DNA from: Firmicutes bacterium UBA5559
GTDB taxonomy: Bacteria > Bacillota > Clostridia > Peptostreptococcales > Anaerovoracaceae
Direction of reading: 5' to 3'
Assembly (NCBI GenBank): GCA_002425705.1
Contig: DIMT01000001.1
Coordinates: 46,221-110,220 of the forward strand
DNA length: 64,000 bases
Positions 19,491-26,265 of this stretch are shown here, one piece after another. How positions within the stretch are numbered: position 1 is the first letter of the stretch; each line of letters starts with the position of its first letter. A program made the translations under genes and the position numbers. The notes beneath the pieces are model-generated. The model searched no databases and was not told where the DNA came from. It worked only from the letters and a program-made list of their open reading frames with translations.

Positions 19491-20561
19491 ATGACAAAGA
19501 AAGTTTACTGCGGAAACGTGGCCATCGGTGGCGGCGCTCCCGTATCCATACAGTCCATGACCAACACGGACACCAGAAACGTATCGGCCACCCTGGATCA
19601 GATCTCCAGGCTTCAGGAAGCCGGTTGTCAGATCGTCCGGCTGGCTGTTCCCGACCTGGAGGCGGCAGAAGCCTTCGGTCGGATCAAGAAAGCAGCAAAG
19701 GTTCCGCTGGTGGCAGATATCCATTTTGATTACCGTCTGGCCCTGGAATCCATCCGTCAGGGAGCAGACAAGATCCGCATCAATCCCGGCAACATCGGTG
19801 ACCGGGACCGGGTTCTTCAGGTAGTACGGGCGGCAGCGGAAAGGCAGATTCCCATCCGGATCGGGGTCAATTCCGGCTCCCTGGAAAAGGATCTTCTGGA
19901 AAAGTATCAGGGAGTTTCAGCCCAGGGACTGGCAGACAGCGCCCTTCGGAACGTCCGGATGGTGGAGGAGATGGGCTTTGATGATATCGTCGTCTCCCTG
20001 AAGGCTTCCAACGTCCGGCTCAATCAGGATGCCCACCAGCTGGTGGCAGCTTCCACCGACCATCCCCTTCACATCGGCATCACCGAATCGGGAACCGTCA
20101 CCTCCGGCCGGATCAAGTCGGCCATCGGCATCGGAGCACTCCTTTTAGCCGGCATCGGCGACACCATGCGGGTTTCTCTGACGGGAGATCCGGTCAGCGA
20201 AGTGCTGCTGGCCAAGGAAATCCTTCAGGTGGTCGGTCTCCGGGGGTCGGGTATCAATCTGGTTTCCTGTCCCACCTGCGGCAGGACTCAGGTAGATTTG
20301 GAGAAGATTGCCCGGGAGGTTGAAGAAAAATCCAAAAGAATTGCCCTGGACCGGGAGGAAAAAGGGCTGCCCAGCCTGACGGTGGCCGTCATGGGCTGTG
20401 CCGTCAACGGACCGGGGGAAGCCAGAAGCGCCGACGTGGGCGTAGCCTGCGGCACCGGCAAGGGAGTCCTCTTTAAAAGGGGAGAAATCATCAAAACCGT
20501 ATCGGAAGAAGACATCGTAGCAGAATTACTAAAGGCGGTAGAACACTATGAAGACCTATAA
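19491..20561 (+). CDS. ispG: 4-hydroxy-3-methylbut-2-enyl diphosphate synthase
   Basis: GGGAPVSIQSMTNT, VRLAVPD, CPTCGRT, and MGCAVNGPGEA. Confidence 0.95.
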   Translation: MTKKVYCGNVAIGGGAPVSIQSMTNTDTRNVSATLDQISRLQEAGCQIVRLAVPDLEAAEAFGRIKKAAKVPLVADIHFDYRLALESIRQGADKIRINPGNIGDRDRVLQVVRAAAERQIPIRIGVNSGSLEKDLLEKYQGVSAQGLADSALRNVRMVEEMGFDDIVVSLKASNVRLNQDAHQLVAASTDHPLHIGITESGTVTSGRIKSAIGIGALLLAGIGDTMRVSLTGDPVSEVLLAKEILQVVGLRGSGINLVSCPTCGRTQVDLEKIAREVEEKSKRIALDREEKGLPSLTVAVMGCAVNGPGEARSADVGVACGTGKGVLFKRGEIIKTVSEEDIVAELLKAVEHYEDL

Positions 20562-20976
20562 AGCCAGTCACATGATCAAATCTGAGGACCTGAACCATCA
20601 TCAGAACCTCTATGCCGGAAGGGCCATCGAATGGATGATGGAATCTTCCTTCATCGCAGCCGTGGGAGAACACAAGAACAAGCACGGCCTGCTCTATAAA
20701 AACACCCATCAGTTTAATTTTTTCAGCCCCGTGGATCCGGGGGAGATCATCACCTATGAGAGCACCGTGGTCCGGACCGGAAAAACCAGCTTTACCATCC
20801 ACATCGATGTGATTTCCGAAGAAACGGGAAGGAAAAAGGCGGAGGGCTATACCACCTTCGTCACCATCGATGAACAGAGCCGCCCGGAGGCCCATGGCAT
20901 CCGGCTGGACGAAACAGACAGAGAAGAGGAGCTGAAGTGGAGAAAAGAAGCGGATGCTTTTTTCTCCGGGAAATAG
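20548..20976 (+). CDS. Hotdog-fold acyl-CoA thioesterase
   Basis: 142 aa with LNHHQNLYAGRAIEWMMES...FNFFSPVDPGEIITYESTVVRTGKTSF, matching the acyl-CoA hydrolase pattern. Confidence 0.65.
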   Translation: MKTYKASHMIKSEDLNHHQNLYAGRAIEWMMESSFIAAVGEHKNKHGLLYKNTHQFNFFSPVDPGEIITYESTVVRTGKTSFTIHIDVISEETGRKKAEGYTTFVTIDEQSRPEAHGIRLDETDREEELKWRKEADAFFSGK

Positions 20977-20979
20977 AAC

Positions 20980-23900
20980 ATGAAAAATCTGATCGAAAGC
21001 AACATCCATTGGAATAAAATAGGCAGCCATCCCAAGGAATCCTATTCCTTTCATCTGGGGAAGGCAAAAATGTCAAAGGACGGTTCAGTTCTGACCCTGG
21101 CGGTGGAACTGAATTTTGTTGTGCCCTATGAGGACATCCTGCGGATCAAGGCCCTGATCATCAACCAGGTTCCGGATTTGGTCAAGGTGGATTTCCAGTT
21201 TCATTACCGGGAAATGATCCTGAGACCAGAGGAGATCCTCCGACACTACATCGAGTATATGATTGAAGAAGTCAACGGGGAATATGCCCCCCTGACCAAG
21301 ACCATCCTGCCGGAGGAATATGCTTTGGAGGGAGACAGCCTCACCATTTACGCCCTGGGAAACCTGGCGGTGGAACAGCTCAATCACCGGGTTTCACCCC
21401 TGTTCCGTCAGCTTTTGGAAGCCAACATGGGACTTTCTCTCCAGGTTCGGTTCGAAAACCACGATGATTCCTATTCCAAAGTTTCCAGTCAGAAAAAAGC
21501 CCTGACAGAAACCGAAGCCCGGGAAATGGCCCAGGTTCAGAAATCAGCGGTAGCTGCTCCGAAGAAATCGCCAGAACCCCAGGAAAAGAGTTGGGGGAAA
21601 AAACGATCCTCCAAGGAAGAACCGGCCTGCGGCAGCCAGATTATGGGGAAACCCTTTGCCGGAGACCCGGATCCCATGCAGAGCCTGAACACCGAATCAG
21701 GAACGGTGGTCATCGAAGGGATCTTGTTCCGAAAGGAATCCCGTACCATCCGCAGCGACAAGAAGCTGGTAACCCTGTTGGTCACCGACAAGACCACCTC
21801 CCTTTGCCTCAAGGCCTTTGTATCTCCCGGTAAATGGGAGGAGATCGACGAACTGCTCAACCCGGGGGACGGCATCCGGGTCCGGGGCATCGTGGAATGG
21901 GACACCTATGAAAATCAGTTGGTGGTTATGGTGAAGGACATTCAGAAGCACCAGAAGGAAGCCAAAACCGACAAGGCAGAGAAAAAACGGGTGGAGCTCC
22001 ATGCCCACACCAAGATGAGCGCCATGGACGGCCTCAATGAAGTGTCGGAGCTGATCCGGACCGCAGCAGCCTGGGGACATCCGGCGGTAGCCATCACCGA
22101 CCACGGGGTAGTACAAGCCTTTCCGGAAGCGCCCAAGGTGGTGAAAAAGAACAAGCTGGACATCAAGGTGATCTACGGTCTGGAAGGTTACCTGCTGGAC
22201 GACCGGGATAAGATCGGAGAAGACGGAACCATTGATTACAAGTCCTCCGGTACCTATCACGTCATCATTTTAGCCCAAAACCAGGAGGGGCTCCGAAACC
22301 TGTACAAGCTGGTTTCCATCTCCCACCTGGATTATTTCTATAAAAAGCCCAGGATTCCCAAATCTGTCCTCGCCGCCCACCGGGAAGGACTGATCATCGG
22401 CTCTGCCTGCGAGGCGGGGGAAGTATATCAGGCGGTTCGGAAGGGAAACCCGGATATTCAGGAAATCGTTGACTTTTATGACTACCTGGAAATCCAACCC
22501 ATCATCAACAATCAATTCCTCATCGACAACGGCTCGGTGAAGGATGAAGAGGAGCTTCGGGACATCAACCGGCGGATCGTCCGTCTGGCAGAGGATGCCG
22601 GAAAACTGGTTGCCGCTACCTGCGATTCCCATTACACCACCCCGGAGGAAGCTTTGTACCGGAAAATCCTCATGGCGGGGCAGGGATACAAGGACATCGA
22701 AGGGGACAAAGGACTGTACCTTCGGACCACCGACGAAATGCTGGAGGAGTTCAGTTATCTGGGCCGGGATGCTGCCTGGCAGGTGGTAGTAGAAAATACC
22801 AATCGGATCGCCGAAATGGTGGAGGACGTCAAACCCATTGCTTCCGGTAAGTTCCCTCCCAAGATCGACCGGGCCGAGGAAATCCTCCGGGAAACCTGCA
22901 TGAAGCGGGCCTGGGAGATGTACGGCAATCCCCTGCCCTATGACGTGGAAAACCGTCTGGAGCGGGAGCTCAATTCCATTATCAACAACGGCTATGCGGT
23001 GATGTACGTTTCCGCTGAGATGCTGGTGAAAAAATCTCTGGAGGACGGTTATCTGGTCGGTTCCCGGGGTTCCGTCGGTTCCTCCTTTGCCGCCACTATG
23101 GCCGGCATCACCGAGGTAAACCCCCTGCCTCCCCACTATATCTGCGGCGGATGCAAGCATTTTGAATGGGGAGACAACAACGAATACGACTGCGGAGTGG
23201 ATATGCCGGAAAAGCATTGCCCGGACTGCGGACTGCTGATGAAACGGGAAGGCTTTGACATCCCCTTTGAAGTTTTTTTAGGCTTCGAAGGAGACAAGGA
23301 GCCGGATATCGACTTGAACTTCGCCGGCGAATATCAGAGCACCGCCCACAAATACGTGGAAGAAATCTTCGGACGGGAAAATGTTTACCGGGCCGGGACC
23401 ATTGGCACCATTGCCAGCAAGACGGCCTATGGCTTTGTTCGCAAGTATTTTGAAGAGCGGGAGCAGAACATCAATAAGTGGGAAATCGAACGGCTGACCG
23501 AATGCTGCACCGGAGTCCGGCGTACCACAGGACAGCATCCCGGTGGAATCATCATTGTCCCCAGGGGTCACGAAATCTATGAATTCTGTCCGGTTCAGCG
23601 ACCGGCCAACGACATGAATACGGACATCATCACCACCCACTTTGACTATCATTCCATCGATGAAAACCTGCTGAAGCTGGATATTCTGGGCCACGACGTG
23701 CCCTCCATGATCCGCCAGCTCCAGGATATGACGGGAGTGGATCCCCTGACCTTGCCTTTAAATGACGATAAGGTCAAGGGCCTGTTCCTCGGCATCAGTT
23801 CCCTGGATATCCAGGAAGAAAACTATAAATATCGCCACGGCAGCTTTGGTATTCCTGAGTTTGGCACCAAGTTCGTTCGGCAGATGCTGGATGACACCAG

Positions 23901-24723
23901 ACCCAGCCGCTTCGGGGACCTGGTCCGGATTTCCGGATTTTCCCACGGTACCGATGTGTGGCTGAACAACGCCCAGGAATTTATCCGAAGCGGAGTAGCC
24001 ACCATGAAGGACGCCATCTCCACCCGGGATGACATTATGAATTATCTGATTCACAAGGGGCTGCCCAACAGCAACGCCTTCAAGATCATGGAAAACGTCC
24101 GGAAGGGGAAGGGCCTGAGCGAAAAGGACATGGAGCTGATGCGGGAGCACGACGTGCCGGAATGGTACATCGATTCCTGCAACAAGATCAAGTACATGTT
24201 TCCCCGGGCCCATGCGGTGGCCTACGTTATGATGTCCTACCGGATCGCTTATTACAAGGTCTATTATCCCAGGGAGTTTTATGCCACTACTTTCACCACG
24301 AAAGTAAATGACTTCGATGCAGAGACTATACTCAAGGGTCCCAAGGCGATTTTGGAAAAGATCGAGTCCATCGAGAACAAGGGGAAGAACGCCACGAAAA
24401 AAGAAGAAGACAGTGTGACGGTCATGGAACTGGCCTATGAAATGCTCTGCCGGGGGTACGACTTTAAGGAAGCATCTTTGGAGCATTCAGACCCGGTCAA
24501 ATTTAAAGTTCTGGAGGATAAGGTGCTGCTGCCCCTGATGGCGCTTACCGGAGTAGGGGAAACCGCAGCCCGGCTGATTGCCGAAGAGCACCGAAAACGG
24601 CCATTCCATTCGGTGGAAGAGATTCAAAAACGGGCACGGGCCAACAAAACCGCCATCGAGGCACTGAAGCAGCATGGTGTATTGACCGGATTGCCGGAAA
24701 CGGATCAGCTCTGTCTCTTTTAG
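20980..24723 (+). CDS. polC: DNA polymerase III alpha subunit, PolC type, apparently lacking the inserted 3'-5' exonuclease domain
   Basis: 1247 aa. It has the PolC N-domains, an OB fold, a PHP domain (VELHAHTKMSAMDG, ITDHGVVQAFPEA, GLEGYL, YHVIILAQNQEGLRNLYKLVS), the Zn finger CGGC...CPDC, and the polymerase core (GSRGSVGSSF, QHPGGIIIVP, KLDILGHD). See the findings for the missing exonuclease insert. Confidence 0.9.
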   Translation: MKNLIESNIHWNKIGSHPKESYSFHLGKAKMSKDGSVLTLAVELNFVVPYEDILRIKALIINQVPDLVKVDFQFHYREMILRPEEILRHYIEYMIEEVNGEYAPLTKTILPEEYALEGDSLTIYALGNLAVEQLNHRVSPLFRQLLEANMGLSLQVRFENHDDSYSKVSSQKKALTETEAREMAQVQKSAVAAPKKSPEPQEKSWGKKRSSKEEPACGSQIMGKPFAGDPDPMQSLNTESGTVVIEGILFRKESRTIRSDKKLVTLLVTDKTTSLCLKAFVSPGKWEEIDELLNPGDGIRVRGIVEWDTYENQLVVMVKDIQKHQKEAKTDKAEKKRVELHAHTKMSAMDGLNEVSELIRTAAAWGHPAVAITDHGVVQAFPEAPKVVKKNKLDIKVIYGLEGYLLDDRDKIGEDGTIDYKSSGTYHVIILAQNQEGLRNLYKLVSISHLDYFYKKPRIPKSVLAAHREGLIIGSACEAGEVYQAVRKGNPDIQEIVDFYDYLEIQPIINNQFLIDNGSVKDEEELRDINRRIVRLAEDAGKLVAATCDSHYTTPEEALYRKILMAGQGYKDIEGDKGLYLRTTDEMLEEFSYLGRDAAWQVVVENTNRIAEMVEDVKPIASGKFPPKIDRAEEILRETCMKRAWEMYGNPLPYDVENRLERELNSIINNGYAVMYVSAEMLVKKSLEDGYLVGSRGSVGSSFAATMAGITEVNPLPPHYICGGCKHFEWGDNNEYDCGVDMPEKHCPDCGLLMKREGFDIPFEVFLGFEGDKEPDIDLNFAGEYQSTAHKYVEEIFGRENVYRAGTIGTIASKTAYGFVRKYFEEREQNINKWEIERLTECCTGVRRTTGQHPGGIIIVPRGHEIYEFCPVQRPANDMNTDIITTHFDYHSIDENLLKLDILGHDVPSMIRQLQDMTGVDPLTLPLNDDKVKGLFLGISSLDIQEENYKYRHGSFGIPEFGTKFVRQMLDDTRPSRFGDLVRISGFSHGTDVWLNNAQEFIRSGVATMKDAISTRDDIMNYLIHKGLPNSNAFKIMENVRKGKGLSEKDMELMREHDVPEWYIDSCNKIKYMFPRAHAVAYVMMSYRIAYYKVYYPREFYATTFTTKVNDFDAETILKGPKAILEKIESIENKGKNATKKEEDSVTVMELAYEMLCRGYDFKEASLEHSDPVKFKVLEDKVLLPLMALTGVGETAARLIAEEHRKRPFHSVEEIQKRARANKTAIEALKQHGVLTGLPETDQLCLF

Positions 24724-24762
24724 TCCTATAATTCTCTTTTTGACACTTTTAATGTCTTTTAA

Positions 24763-24791
24763 TTGACATTTTTTGCTTTATTATCTACAAT
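24763..24791 (+). promoter_or_regulatory. SigA-type promoter of the SARP-like regulator gene
   Basis: TTGACA (24763-68), 17 nt spacer, TACAAT (24786-91). Confidence 0.6.
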
Positions 24792-24813
24792 GGGAGCAAG
24801 GGAGGGAATGCCC

Positions 24814-26049
24814 ATGCAAGAGGAATACAAAATCACCTTTTTTAAAGAATTTTCCCTGAGCCAGGGAGGCCATCTGATTTTAGAAGGCCCACTGAAAAGC
24901 AGTAAGGTTTTTCAACTGCTTCAGTATTTTCTTGCCCATCGTTCCAAATCCTTTACGAAAGAGCACCTGATCGAGCTCCTTTACGGGGATGAATTTGTGG
25001 ATAATCCCACCAATGCGCTGAAAATCATCGTTCACCGGCTCCGGAAGCAGATCCTGTCCCTGGGACTGCCGGAAATGGAATACATCGTCAACTACAATGG
25101 AAAATACGGATGGAATCCGGAAATCCCCTGTCAGGTCGACATTGAGATCTTTGAACATACCATGAAGCGGGCCCTCCATCCCAATGCACCGGAGGAGGAG
25201 TCCCTTAAGCTGATGCTGGAGGCCATCCACCTGTATCAGGGGCCTTTCCTGGGCAACAGCCTGACGGAAAGCTGGGTGATTCCCATGCGGGTCCGGTACG
25301 AGGAAGCCTATAAACACTTGATAGGTCGAGCCTGCCAGCTGATTCGGAAGAAGGAGGACTTCATCCTGCTTCACTATATCGCGTCCCATGGACTGGAAAT
25401 CTATCCGATGGATGAGGATTTCTCCCGGGAAAAGATATTTGCTTTGCATCAATTGGGCAAGACCAAGGAAGCCATCGGGGAGTATAACCGGATCGTGGAC
25501 CTGATTTTTAACGAATACGGCGTCAGCCCGTCGGATGAACTGCAGTCCCTTTACGATAAGGTAGCGGCAACGACCCAGAAAAGCGCCATCAATGTGGATG
25601 AAGTTAAAAATTTCCTGGAAGAAGGGGAAGATGATGATGGGGCTTATTTCACCAATTATCAAAACTTTGCAGACAGCTATCGTTTTTTAGTTAGAGGGCT
25701 GGAGCGAAGCGGTCTTTCCGCATTCCTGATGCTCTGCACCATGGTCAACAAACAAGGAAAGCTGCTGGATGAGGAACTCCAGCTGGCCCACGCTTCCGAT
25801 GCGCTGAAGACAGCCTCCAAGGCTTCTTTAAGAAGAGGAGACCTTTATACCCGGTACAGCCCTTCCCAGTATCTCTATCTGCTGATCGGCATCAACCAGG
25901 AAAACTGCAGCATCGTTTTTGACCGTATCGAAAAGCATTTCCGGAAGGAGTTCCGGGGAAATCAGGTCAACCTGAAATACAAGGTGGTTTCTGCAGCCGA
26001 CATTAAAAAGCTCTTTGGCGACAAAAGGGGCCAACAGGATGCAAAATAA
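24814..26049 (+). CDS. SARP-like transcriptional regulator: OmpR-type winged helix + BTAD + degenerate GGDEF-like C-terminal domain
   Basis: ATG 24814 lies 7 nt after AGGGAGGGA. The N-terminus (FLAHRSKSFTKEHLIELLYGDEFVDNPTNALKIIVHRLRKQI) is a Trans_reg_C-like wHTH. The middle (DIEIFEH...LYQGPFL...ALHQLGKTKEAIGEYNRIVDLIFNEYGVSPSDELQSLYDKV) matches BTAD. The C-terminal part (about 145 aa) follows the GGDEF fold pattern, with RRGD-LYTRY-SPSQY where RxxD-x5-GGDEF would be. Confidence 0.7.
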   Translation: MQEEYKITFFKEFSLSQGGHLILEGPLKSSKVFQLLQYFLAHRSKSFTKEHLIELLYGDEFVDNPTNALKIIVHRLRKQILSLGLPEMEYIVNYNGKYGWNPEIPCQVDIEIFEHTMKRALHPNAPEEESLKLMLEAIHLYQGPFLGNSLTESWVIPMRVRYEEAYKHLIGRACQLIRKKEDFILLHYIASHGLEIYPMDEDFSREKIFALHQLGKTKEAIGEYNRIVDLIFNEYGVSPSDELQSLYDKVAATTQKSAINVDEVKNFLEEGEDDDGAYFTNYQNFADSYRFLVRGLERSGLSAFLMLCTMVNKQGKLLDEELQLAHASDALKTASKASLRRGDLYTRYSPSQYLYLLIGINQENCSIVFDRIEKHFRKEFRGNQVNLKYKVVSAADIKKLFGDKRGQQDAK

Positions 26050-26083
26050 ACCGGATTCTGATTCAATATGACACAATTTCGAC

Positions 26084-26111
26084 AAAACGCCTCGAAAAGG
26101 GGCGTTTTTTT
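26084..26111 (+). terminator. Rho-independent terminator after the regulator gene
   Basis: AAAACGCCTC-GAAAA-GGGGCGTTTT stem followed by a T-run. Confidence 0.85.
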
Positions 26112-26129
26112 ATTGCGCAAAACCCGCAG

Positions 26130-26186
26130 GTTTCAACATGCTACTGGTTTTTTGAAACTGGCAGTGAAACTAAAACGGCATATGAT
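26130..26186 (+). promoter_or_regulatory. Candidate activator-dependent promoter of adhesin A (TGAAACT direct repeats plus -10)
   Basis: TGAAACT (26153-59), N5, TGAAACT (26165-71), N9, TATGAT (26181-86). An inverted copy GGTTTCA lies at 26130-36. The same geometry recurs at 29392..29425. Confidence 0.55.
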
Positions 26187-26265
26187 AGTTAAACAAAAGG
26201 GATGAGTTTCTCCCAGTCACGAAACAGAGACATACTTGATTTTATGAGAAGGAAGGAGAGGTATT

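Noticed and set aside
26153-26171. TGAAAC repeats interpreted as the -35 element of an ECF sigma factor (SigW-type TGAAAC-N16-CGTA).
   Set aside because: No CGT(A/C) -10 element lies at 16-17 nt from any copy at either site. The motif is duplicated with fixed 12-nt phasing upstream of a SigA-like TATNNT, which fits an activator site better. I keep it as an alternative, because a genome-wide motif search could revive it.
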